Made by a program: the position numbers and the translations under genes. The notes under the pieces are model-generated. The model worked only from the letters and a program-made list of their open reading frames with translations. It made no database searches and had not been told where the DNA came from. Below are positions 37,134-45,344 of a stretch of 64,000 nucleotides of DNA, in pieces. This DNA is from Clostridia bacterium (GTDB lineage Bacteria; Bacillota; Clostridia; Christensenellales; CAG-917). The first letter of the stretch is position 1, and each line of letters begins with the position of its first letter. The stretch spans positions 14,553-78,552 of the forward strand of contig CAAFLX010000035.1 in NCBI GenBank assembly GCA_900763875.1, written 5' to 3'.

Positions 37134-40100
37134 TTATGCGTTGAGTTTGGCTTTTTTCTTCTTGGCGAAGTGTATGCCCAATCCCGTGCCGACGCCGATA
37201 ATCGCTGCGCCCGGAATGAGGGTGGACAAGAGGATTATCATAAGTTTGTTGTCCTTGTTGTAGATTTGCTCGATGGTGTTCGTTTCGGGATTGTAGTAGT
37301 AGCCTGTGTAGGTGATCGTGTTGCCTTTGACGCTGACTTTGCCGAAAGTTTGGGTGTCGAGCGTGTGGAGTATGCTTGCGGTCTTGTCAAACTTTTTGGT
37401 GGTCATATCGTTTTTCTTGTAGGTGTAATACTTTGTGCCGAACGTGCCGAGTGTGACGTAGAGCGTGCCCTTTCCGTTGTAAACCACGCCGTTTTTGCTT
37501 GTCTTATCGACGATTTTGCCGTTGCCGTCAAGCAAGTAGGTGGTGGTGTAGGTGTGGTCGTGACCGCCGAAAACCATATTGACATTGTACTTTGCAAACA
37601 GAGCGGTGAGTTGCGCTCTCATGGCGATGACTTCGCTGTCGAACGCGTGCGAGCCTGCCGAGTACAAACTCTTGTGCATAAGCACGAATTTCCACTTGGC
37701 GTCGGTATTTTTGAGGTCGTTTTCAAGCCATTCGAGTTGAGCCTTGCCAAGCCCTTCGCTCGACGCGTCGTTGGTATCGAGGACGGTGAAGTGCGCGTTG
37801 GCGTAATCGAACGAGTAGTAGTTGTTCTCGATTGGCTTGACGTTTGCTCCGTCCTTTGCGGTGTAGTTGAAGAATCTGCCGATAGAGCCTGTCTTGTTCT
37901 CGTGGTTGCCTGCGGTGAAGAACATCGACGAGTTCAACGTGAGGTCTTGATAGGTGTCAAGAGCCATACTCCATTGATTGAAGTTCTTGCCGTTGTCGCA
38001 CATGTCGCCTGCGTTGAGAATGAAGTCAAAGTTGTTGACTTTTTCGTCTTTGAGGAGAGCGTCAACCGCCTTGTGGCTTTCGTCGTACATGCTTTGAATC
38101 ATGCCTTGTATATCCGCAACGGTGAGGAATTCAAACGTATCTACGCTTCTGTCGGGAGCGGTGGTGAATTTGAGCGAGTTGCCCGTGTAGCCCTTTGTCT
38201 TGACAAAATCGACAAGCGAGAACGTGACGTCTTTGCCGTAGTTGCCCAGCACGTCGTAGTAGTAGGTTTGACCTGCTTTCAGTCCCGTGACGGTGACGGT
38301 GGTGCAGTTCCAGTAGATAACGCTGTTTGCGTTTGCGCTGTCACGCTCGCCGTACTTGATAGGCTCTTTGACCTTTTTGCCATCGACAACCACTTCGCGC
38401 TCGATTTGACCGTGAGTGAGGCAGAGGAGTCCGAGGTCGATGAGAGGAACGTATTGCGGTTTGGTTTGCGTAAACACGGTGGCTTTGACGCCGTTTGCAA
38501 ACTCTTTGTAGGCGGTGACGTCAAGATAATCGGTCTTGTTTTTTGCATATTCCTCAAACGCTTTTGCTTGGGAAGTGCCGACTTCGCCGATGACGTTGCC
38601 TTGCTCGTCAAGGAGTCGGAAAGTGCCGTACACGTTCTCCTCGGTGTAGAACTTGATTGTGTAGGAAGTTGTGGAGTTTGCCGTATCGAAGTTTGCGGTG
38701 ACTCTCGATGGCACTCTGCCGTTTTGTTGCGTTGCGGCGTTGAAGGTTGCGCCGACCGCGGACGGCTTGTTGAGCGTGCTCAAATAGGACAAGCGAACGC
38801 CGTCTTTTTCATATGCCTTGTTGGGTTGATAGTAGGAAACGTTGCCGGGGTGTGCAAAGTCGTCCATATCGGGGTAGACGTCGGTTGCAAACGAGATCAC
38901 GATGTCGTTTGCGATGCCGCCGATGCCCTTGTAGAAACTGTCAACGAGATAGCTGTCAAGGAAGTTTTGCACGATTGACACAACGTCCGGGCCGTCGAGC
39001 GAGAAGCCGAGCAAGTTGCCGACCAGCGACTTTATGACGGGCAGCCAGTCGTTGAGGAGATTGACAAGCACAAAGTTTTGCGCGTCGATTGTGTAGTTTT
39101 CGGGAATGTCGATTTTGGTTTTGATATAGCCTTCGAGCAAGGGCTTTGCGGTTGAGAGGAGAGAGGGAAGTTTTTCGCCCAAGCCCTTTTTCAAACGAGC
39201 AAACGCCTCGTCGGAGATGTAGCCTTTGCTTGCCGCGTCTTTGAAGTCGAACTTGTAGTTGAGAACTGTTTTAAGCAGTGAGCCGTCCTCGGTAAAGATC
39301 GGGTCGAGCAAGGTTTTGAACAAGTCTTGCACGAATTTGCCGCTGAGAAGTTGCTCTTTCATATCCTTGACAGCCGCCACCATACGCAAGCGGTAAGTGG
39401 GGTTGTAGGGGTGCATAAACAGATAGTTTTTGCCCTCTTCGACCTTTTGTTCGTCGCCGAAGATTGCCTTTATCGACTCTGCGGTTTCGTCAAGAGAGAT
39501 TTCCGTGCCGAGGGTGTGTGCGGTCATAATAAATGCCGCAACGTCCTTGATGTTCATTTTGCCGCTGTTTGCAGGGTTGACGGTTGATTTGATGCTGTCG
39601 TCGCCGTAGCTCCAAGAAAACACTTCGTCCACGACCGCTTGCACGAGGGAGAGAGCAGAGGTGTATTCCTTGCCGTTGTGCACGTAGGTTGCCCCGTTGA
39701 GCACGGTGTCGAGAACGTATTTGACGATACCGTTGGTTGCGGCAATCTTGTCTTCGACGGACATCGGAGCAGAGCCGTACTGTGCAAATTCTTCGGGGTT
39801 CAACTTCTTGCTGAACGTCGGGAAGAGGTTGTTGAACACCATAGAAACGACCGTGCCGTCCTTATGGTTGTTGAGGTAGGAGTCAACCGCGCTCGTGAGC
39901 GTGCCGACAAGAGAATCGATGGTTTTTTGTCCCACAAAGTGGTCTGCAACTCTCTCAACCAAAACGGAGTAGATTTGCTCGTTGATGTAGTCGTTGAAGT
40001 TCATTGCGTTCATGTTGTCGTAGTTTATCATGTACGCAAGATAGTCGGGGTTGGTTGCAACGACGTCCGCCCACTTTGCCTCTTTATCCGCCTCGGTGGT

Positions 40101-41720
40101 AGCCTTTTTATACTCGGCATAAGCGGTTTTGAAAGTCGCGTCGTTGAATTTGGGAGCAGTGAAAACGTTGTGGCTCGGCACTGCTTTGAAGGGGCGAGCG
40201 ATGCCGTCCGAGTCTTTGAGGTCGTCAAGACAGAATACGCTTGAACCGCAAGATTCGCCGAGTTTGCCATCAAAGTTGTACCTTGAAAGGGTGGTGTATC
40301 TTCTTGGCGAGTAGTAGCTCACGCACGAACCCGTTTGGAAGTCGTAGAGCGTCCTGCCCTCGACGTCGGTGTAGGTCATAGCGTCGCAAACGTGCATATG
40401 TCCCGTAAAGGCGTAGCGAACGCCCATATCGAGCAAGCGTTTTGCGGTGTTTTCCCAGTTGTATATTGTGAAGTCTTTGAGGATTTCGTCTTCCATTTCC
40501 CAGTGCGGAAGCACGTTTTGGTGGAAACAGGTGACGATTGTTGCCTCTCCGAGGGTGGCTTTTGCGTTTTGAACGCTGCAGAATTTTTGCATCCAATCGA
40601 GGACGGTTTCGGTGAGTCTGCCGCCGCAGAGGTGGTCAAGACCCGTCGAGCGGAACACAACGTTGTCGTCCGACGAGAAGTCGGGAGTGATTGTCGTCGA
40701 GGTGTCAACCGCGCCCTCTTCGGTTGCGCCGTAGTAGGTGAAATTTGCGCCGTTTGATTGCGTGTTTGCCTTGATTGCCTCGTATTCGTCCCTGTTTATA
40801 CGCACGTATGCGCCGACGTCCACGCTCGTTCTGTCGCTTGCGTCAACCACGAGGAACGAATAGTCCTTGTTGTCCTTGAAAGCAACCGAGAAAGTCAAAG
40901 CGTTGTTGATGTCGCCGATTTGATAGTACTCTTTGAGCTTTTCCTCGGTGGACGCCGTGCCCATTTTGCTCGCTTTGTCGAGATGCTCGTTGAAGTAGGT
41001 GAGTTCGAGGTTTGGAGCGTTGGTGGAGGGGATATAGTTTGTCGTATATTCGCCATACCAGTAGTTTTCGGGCAGATAGTCGGTGAGTTTGATTGCGCCG
41101 CCGTTGCCGTCAAGGTTTGCGTCGGGATAGCCCAAAGAGGCAAACACAAGCGCGAATTGCATTGCCGAAAGAGCGTCCGAAGTGCGTTTTGCGCCGTTAT
41201 CCTTTGAGTAGAGCGCGCCCGAAGTGTTGTACAAATCGTGGTTGCCGGGAGTTGCGAACACTTGGAAGTTTTTATACTTGCCGCCCAAAGCTCTGACGGT
41301 GTTTTGCAAATATCTCAATGCGTTTGCAACGTCCACAAGAGCCTTGACTTCGCCGTTTTTGCTGAGGTCGCCCGTTGCAAAGACGTATTGCGGCGCAGTG
41401 CCCGCTTTTGCGTCGGCGATGAAAGCCTCAATTTGTTGTTTGAGTATCATTCCGCTTTCCATAACGAGTTTCGTATCGCCCGTCATAGAGTAGTAGAAAT
41501 CGCTCTTTTTGTAGTTGTCGTTGTTGATGTCCTGATAACACTCGTCCACGGGGAAGTAGTGTATATCGCTGAACTGACCTATCGATAGGCTGCTGTCGGA
41601 CGGCTTTACGTTGTCCGCGCTCGCAACCGAGGCGACAGAGAACGTCATTACGCTTGCAAGAACGATTGCCAGTGTGATGACAAACACCAAAGGCAGGTGC
41701 TTCTGCATCTTATTGCTCAT
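37134..41720 (-). CDS. Very large secreted/membrane-anchored protein with two calcineurin-like metallophosphoesterase domains
   Basis: 1528 aa, RBS AAGGAGGAA. N-terminal signal/TM. Domain 1 motifs SDIHYFP, TGDLSKNGE, TPGNHD, FTGHMHVCD. Central region of about 600 aa unassigned. Purple-acid-phosphatase-like domain 2: LKAGQTYYYDV, NAGDMCDNG, TAGNHE, LMHKSLY, GGHDHTY. C-terminal TM helix plus KKKKAK tail. Confidence 0.85.
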   Translation of the reverse strand: MSNKMQKHLPLVFVITLAIVLASVMTFSVASVASADNVKPSDSSLSIGQFSDIHYFPVDECYQDINNDNYKKSDFYYSMTGDTKLVMESGMILKQQIEAFIADAKAGTAPQYVFATGDLSKNGEVKALVDVANALRYLQNTVRALGGKYKNFQVFATPGNHDLYNTSGALYSKDNGAKRTSDALSAMQFALVFASLGYPDANLDGNGGAIKLTDYLPENYWYGEYTTNYIPSTNAPNLELTYFNEHLDKASKMGTASTEEKLKEYYQIGDINNALTFSVAFKDNKDYSFLVVDASDRTSVDVGAYVRINRDEYEAIKANTQSNGANFTYYGATEEGAVDTSTTITPDFSSDDNVVFRSTGLDHLCGGRLTETVLDWMQKFCSVQNAKATLGEATIVTCFHQNVLPHWEMEDEILKDFTIYNWENTAKRLLDMGVRYAFTGHMHVCDAMTYTDVEGRTLYDFQTGSCVSYYSPRRYTTLSRYNFDGKLGESCGSSVFCLDDLKDSDGIARPFKAVPSHNVFTAPKFNDATFKTAYAEYKKATTEADKEAKWADVVATNPDYLAYMINYDNMNAMNFNDYINEQIYSVLVERVADHFVGQKTIDSLVGTLTSAVDSYLNNHKDGTVVSMVFNNLFPTFSKKLNPEEFAQYGSAPMSVEDKIAATNGIVKYVLDTVLNGATYVHNGKEYTSALSLVQAVVDEVFSWSYGDDSIKSTVNPANSGKMNIKDVAAFIMTAHTLGTEISLDETAESIKAIFGDEQKVEEGKNYLFMHPYNPTYRLRMVAAVKDMKEQLLSGKFVQDLFKTLLDPIFTEDGSLLKTVLNYKFDFKDAASKGYISDEAFARLKKGLGEKLPSLLSTAKPLLEGYIKTKIDIPENYTIDAQNFVLVNLLNDWLPVIKSLVGNLLGFSLDGPDVVSIVQNFLDSYLVDSFYKGIGGIANDIVISFATDVYPDMDDFAHPGNVSYYQPNKAYEKDGVRLSYLSTLNKPSAVGATFNAATQQNGRVPSRVTANFDTANSTTSYTIKFYTEENVYGTFRLLDEQGNVIGEVGTSQAKAFEEYAKNKTDYLDVTAYKEFANGVKATVFTQTKPQYVPLIDLGLLCLTHGQIEREVVVDGKKVKEPIKYGERDSANANSVIYWNCTTVTVTGLKAGQTYYYDVLGNYGKDVTFSLVDFVKTKGYTGNSLKFTTAPDRSVDTFEFLTVADIQGMIQSMYDESHKAVDALLKDEKVNNFDFILNAGDMCDNGKNFNQWSMALDTYQDLTLNSSMFFTAGNHENKTGSIGRFFNYTAKDGANVKPIENNYYSFDYANAHFTVLDTNDASSEGLGKAQLEWLENDLKNTDAKWKFVLMHKSLYSAGSHAFDSEVIAMRAQLTALFAKYNVNMVFGGHDHTYTTTYLLDGNGKIVDKTSKNGVVYNGKGTLYVTLGTFGTKYYTYKKNDMTTKKFDKTASILHTLDTQTFGKVSVKGNTITYTGYYYNPETNTIEQIYNKDNKLMIILLSTLIPGAAIIGVGTGLGIHFAKKKKAKLNA

Positions 41721-41976
41721 ATTTCCTCCTTATTCACGCATAGCGTGCAAATAGATTGAGTATAAAGGTGCGCATGTGCGCGCGATTTATCTTCAATTAA
41801 ATATTTTACATTAAGAAATTATTAAAATCAATATCCAATTTTGCAAAATTTTGACGAAAAATCGCAATGCAAAAGGATACCGAACACTTTGATTGTTAAA
41901 GTCGGCACAAGAGCATAAAATCAATAAACAAGAACAAAAAAATTGCAAATTTACCGAAAAAAATTTTCAAATTGTA

Positions 41977-42005
41977 TTGACAAAGAGAGGGTGCGGTACT
42001 ATTAT
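41977..42005 (+). promoter_or_regulatory. Sigma-A-like promoter of the ArsR-family gene (TTGACA-17-TATTAT)
   Basis: TTGACA 41977-41982, 17-nt spacer, TATTAT 42000-42005. Confidence 0.55.
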
Positions 42006-42011
42006 ATATAT

Positions 42012-42039
42012 GAACAGTTGAGCAATCGCTCAAATGTTG
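42012..42039 (+). promoter_or_regulatory. Imperfect 12-4-12 palindrome, candidate ArsR/SmtB operator
   Basis: GAACAGTTGAGC-AATC-GCTCAAATGTTG (10/12 complementary; the inner 6-4-6 is perfect) between the -10 box and the RBS. Confidence 0.55.
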
Positions 42040-42048
42040 GAGAGTAAA

Positions 42049-42372
42049 ATGACAGAAGTTTCAGACAAAAATATCAACGCTATGCCCGACGATGAAATCG
42101 TTTCTGCGCTTGCGGACTTGTTCAAGGCACTCGGCGATCCCACTCGTGTGAGGATTTTGAGTTGTCTTCAATCAAGCGATATGAACGTGGGGGATATTGC
42201 GGCAAAACTCGGTATGACGACTTCCGCCGTGTCCCACCAACTGAGAGTGCTCAGGGCAATCAAACTCGTCAAAGGCACAAAAGAGGGCAAGGAAGTCAGA
42301 TATTCGCTTGACGACGACCACGTTACGCTCATTTTGCAGTGCGGCTTGACTCACGTCAACGAGGAAAGATGA
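42049..42372 (+). CDS. ArsR/SmtB family metal-sensing transcriptional repressor
   Basis: ATG 42049 after GGAGAG; the ORF track start is 42034. LGDPTRVRIL...VGDIAAKLGMTTSAVSHQLRVL HTH motif. Confidence 0.85.
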   Translation: MTEVSDKNINAMPDDEIVSALADLFKALGDPTRVRILSCLQSSDMNVGDIAAKLGMTTSAVSHQLRVLRAIKLVKGTKEGKEVRYSLDDDHVTLILQCGLTHVNEER

Positions 42373-42484
42373 CCTAAAACAGTTGACGACAGGCAAAGAC
42401 CAATGACCTTAAACATCTAGTGGCAATAAACTAGGGGAAATGAGCCTGCACAACGAGTGATGATATTTGGTTTGCGCATTTAAG

Positions 42485-42510
42485 CTCGATGCCAAAACTC
42501 GATGCCAAAA
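42485..42510. repeat. 13-nt perfect tandem duplication
   Basis: CTCGATGCCAAAA x2 in the arsR-HMA intergenic region. Confidence 0.8.
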
Positions 42511-42553
42511 GATGTGCGCCTAGCATTGAACAAACGCAACCCAACTTGTGAAA

Positions 42554-42580
42554 ATCAGGGCGAAAACGCCCGATTTTTTA
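42554..42580 (+). terminator. Rho-independent terminator after the ArsR-family gene
   Basis: CAGGGCG-AAAA-CGCCCG followed by ATTTTTT. Confidence 0.7.
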
Positions 42581-42590
42581 CACGTAACAC

Positions 42591-42606
42591 TTGAATAATT
42601 GTTCAA
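42591..42606 (+). promoter_or_regulatory. TTGAA-N6-TTCAA palindrome, candidate second ArsR/SmtB operator
   Basis: TTGAATAATTGTTCAA nested inside a larger inverted repeat AACACTTG...CAAGTGTT (42587-42618), upstream of the HMA/ATPase genes. Confidence 0.4.
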
Positions 42607-42686
42607 TAGTCCAAGTGTTCAACAAAATAAATAATAACGCATAAACTCCCAAAAGGGTGGTTTAGATGCTCAAAAAGGAGAGATAT

Positions 42687-42908
42687 ATGAAAAAAGTTTT
42701 CAAACTCGAAGACCTCGATTGCGCAAACTGCGCCGCAAAAATGGAAGTTGCAATCAACAAAATCGACGGAGTGAACGATGCCACCGTCAGTTTTATGTCC
42801 CAACGCCTCACCATTGACGCCGACGATACAAATTTTGACGAGATTATGAACAAAGTCGTCAAGGCTTGCAGAAAAATCGAACCCGACTGCACGATACTTC
42901 TCAAATAA
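42687..42908 (+). CDS. Stand-alone heavy-metal-associated (HMA) domain protein
   Basis: ATG 42687 after AAAGGAGAG. 73 aa with a ferredoxin-like HMA pattern and a DCANCAAKME metal-binding motif. Confidence 0.8.
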   Translation: MKKVFKLEDLDCANCAAKMEVAINKIDGVNDATVSFMSQRLTIDADDTNFDEIMNKVVKACRKIEPDCTILLK

Positions 42909-42986
42909 TAATAGGTTGCTTCGAGCGTTTTTGTCGTATTGAAACGGTCGATTAAGCAAATAATCGGTGGGAAAACCAATAAAACT

Positions 42987-44936
42987 ATGAAAAAAGTCAA
43001 GTTTTCAAAGAAAGAAAAAAAGAATCTCATTCGCATTAGCGTTGCACTTGCAATGTTCTTTGTCGTGCTCATCGTTGACAAAACGATAGGGCTTGCCGCT
43101 TCTGTGGGAGGCAAGCTCGGTTGGCTTTTGCCGTTTTTCCTCTATTTTGCCGTTTATATGGTCATCGGCTATGACGTCTTGTACAAAGCGGTGCGCGGCA
43201 TCTTGCGAGGACAAGTGCTTGATGAAAACTTGCTGATGTGCGTTGCCTCTCTCGGCGCGTTTGCTCTTGGCATATACACAAGCGTAACGGGCAGAGCGCA
43301 AGAGGGTTTTGACGAGGGGTGCGCCGTGCTTTTGTTCTATCAAGTGGGCGAGTTTTTCCAAAGCTATGCAACGGGCAAATCTCGCAAATCGATTTCCGCG
43401 CTTATGGACATTCGCCCCGACTATGCCAACGTAAAGAGGGAAGACGGAGTTGTCGAGCAAGTTGACCCGAGCGAAGTCAAGGTTGGGGACGTCATAGTCG
43501 TTTACCCCGGTGAAAAAGTGCCGCTTGACGGCATAATCGTCAGCGGCTCGACCACGCTCGACACCAAGGCTTTGACGGGTGAATCGTTGCCAAGAGAACT
43601 TGGCGAGGGCGACGAGATAATCAGCGGATTTGTCAATTTAACCTCTCAAATCGAGATTAAAGTGACAAAAGTATTCTATGATTCGACCGTTTCTAAAATA
43701 CTTGACCTTGTGGAAAACGCCTCTAGCAAGAAATCAAAGGCGGAAAACTTTATCACGAGATTTGCCAAATACTACACTCCGAGCGTTGTGTCGGCGGCAA
43801 TTTTGCTTGCCGTCATCGGCGGCGCAGTCAGCAAAGATTGGTACACTTGGGTGTATAGAGGTTTGAGTTTCCTTGTCGTTTCCTGTCCTTGCGCGCTTGT
43901 CGTTTCAGTGCCTCTTTCATTCTTTGCAGGCATCGGCGCGGCGTCAAGATTCGGAATCCTAATCAAGGGGAGCAACTACTTGGAGCTTATGAGCAGGGCA
44001 AATATTTTTGTTTTTGACAAAACGGGCACGCTCACCAAGGGCAACTTTGCGGTCACCGACGTATCGCCTGCAGACAATAAAGAGAATATCCTTCGCCTTG
44101 CCGCCATTGCCGAAAACGACTCCAATCACCCGATAGCGCGCTCTATCGTGGCATGTTATGACGGCGAGATAGAGGGCGGTTATACGCTCACCAACGTTGC
44201 CGGCTACGGAGTTATCGCAACAAAAGACGATGACGTCATATATTGCGGCAACGAAAAACTTATGAAATCGTACGATATACCGTATGTTGCTCACAACGGC
44301 GTTGGCACTGTCGTTTATGTTGCCCACAACTGCCAATACGTCGGTTCGTTGCTCATAAGCGACGAAATCAAGGACGAATCGATTTCTGCCGTTGCGGAGC
44401 TTAACAAAATGGGATGCAAGACGGTTATGCTCACCGGTGACAACGAGGCTATCGCCTCTGATGTGGCAGGCAAAATCGGTCTTTTGGGCTACAAAGCCTC
44501 GCTTTTGCCGCAAAACAAGGTTGAAAACGTCGAGCAAATGCTCAACGACAAGAAAAAAGACGAAGTTTTGTGCTTTGTCGGCGACGGTATTAATGACGCG
44601 CCCGTGCTTATGCGCTCGGACATCGGCATTGCTATGGGCGGTGTAGGGAGTGACGCGGCAATCGAGGCAAGCGACGTTGTGCTTATGCAAGACGACTTGA
44701 CTGGCATTTCCACCGCAAAACGCATTTCCAAAAAGACGATGAGGGTGGTGTACGAAAACATTGTCTGCTCGCTTGCCGTCAAACTTCTGATAATGGCACT
44801 CAGCGCAACGGGCGTTCTAGGATCGGCGACGATGTGGATTGCAGTTGTAGGCGACGTCGGCGTTGCAATCGCGGCAATTTTGAACGCCATGCGCGTCAAC
44901 AAAGGCTACAAAACCCTCGTTAAATCTAAAATGTAA
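42987..44936 (+). CDS. Heavy-metal translocating P1B-type ATPase (Cd/Zn/Co-type)
   Basis: ATG 42987; the ORF track start is 42939. TGES, SCPCALV, DKTGTLT, GDGINDAP motifs. No N-terminal HMA domain of its own. Confidence 0.9.
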   Translation: MKKVKFSKKEKKNLIRISVALAMFFVVLIVDKTIGLAASVGGKLGWLLPFFLYFAVYMVIGYDVLYKAVRGILRGQVLDENLLMCVASLGAFALGIYTSVTGRAQEGFDEGCAVLLFYQVGEFFQSYATGKSRKSISALMDIRPDYANVKREDGVVEQVDPSEVKVGDVIVVYPGEKVPLDGIIVSGSTTLDTKALTGESLPRELGEGDEIISGFVNLTSQIEIKVTKVFYDSTVSKILDLVENASSKKSKAENFITRFAKYYTPSVVSAAILLAVIGGAVSKDWYTWVYRGLSFLVVSCPCALVVSVPLSFFAGIGAASRFGILIKGSNYLELMSRANIFVFDKTGTLTKGNFAVTDVSPADNKENILRLAAIAENDSNHPIARSIVACYDGEIEGGYTLTNVAGYGVIATKDDDVIYCGNEKLMKSYDIPYVAHNGVGTVVYVAHNCQYVGSLLISDEIKDESISAVAELNKMGCKTVMLTGDNEAIASDVAGKIGLLGYKASLLPQNKVENVEQMLNDKKKDEVLCFVGDGINDAPVLMRSDIGIAMGGVGSDAAIEASDVVLMQDDLTGISTAKRISKKTMRVVYENIVCSLAVKLLIMALSATGVLGSATMWIAVVGDVGVAIAAILNAMRVNKGYKTLVKSKM

Positions 44937-44981
44937 CCAATCACAATAACCCATTGCACGATTCCGCAAATAATCAAAAAC

Positions 44982-45006
44982 AACGCATCGAACAGATGCG
45001 TTTTTC
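44982..45006 (+). terminator. Rho-independent terminator after the P-type ATPase gene
   Basis: AACGCATC-GAACA-GATGCGTT followed by TTTTC. Confidence 0.75.
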
Positions 45007-45013
45007 TTGATAT

Positions 45014-45042
45014 AATAAAAAAACATACCGAGTGGTATGTTT
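45014..45042 (-). terminator. Rho-independent terminator after tRNA-Glu
   Basis: AAACATACC-GAGT-GGTATGTTT; on the minus strand the hairpin is followed by a T-run (complement of the 45015-45023 A-run). Confidence 0.7.
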
Positions 45043-45050
45043 AATTTGTT

Positions 45051-45126
45051 TGGTACCCCCATAGGGAATCGAACCCTAGTTTCCGCCGTGAGAGGGCGAC
45101 GTCTTGAACCGCTTGACCATGAGGGC
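45051..45126 (-). tRNA. tRNA-Glu (anticodon CTC), CCA encoded
   Basis: The reverse complement GCCCTCATGGTCAAGCGGTTCAAGACGTCGCCCTCTCACGGCGGAAACTAGGGTTCGATTCCCTATGGGGGTACCA folds as a cloverleaf. Anticodon loop CTCTCAC, T arm TAGGG-TTCGATT-CCCTA. Confidence 0.9.
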
Positions 45127-45278
45127 AAATCGATATTGCTTTGTGATAATATCATAATTTCTTTATCTACGCAAGCAAAAATCTATATATTTTCTCAAAA
45201 ATCTTTCTTTGGTGTGTATATTACTCTCCGTTTTTGCGTTTTTGTGGTGTTTTGCTTTGCAAAATTGAAAATTCGCTA

Positions 45279-45307
45279 TTGATTTTTGGTTATGTATATT
45301 ATAAAAT
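45279..45307 (+). promoter_or_regulatory. Sigma-A-like promoter (TTGATT-17-TAAAAT)
   Basis: TTGATT 45279-45284, 17-nt spacer, TAAAAT 45302-45307, upstream of the flavoenzyme gene. Confidence 0.45.
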
Positions 45308-45344
45308 ACATTTGTATTAAACTTATAATTATAAGGAGAGAATT

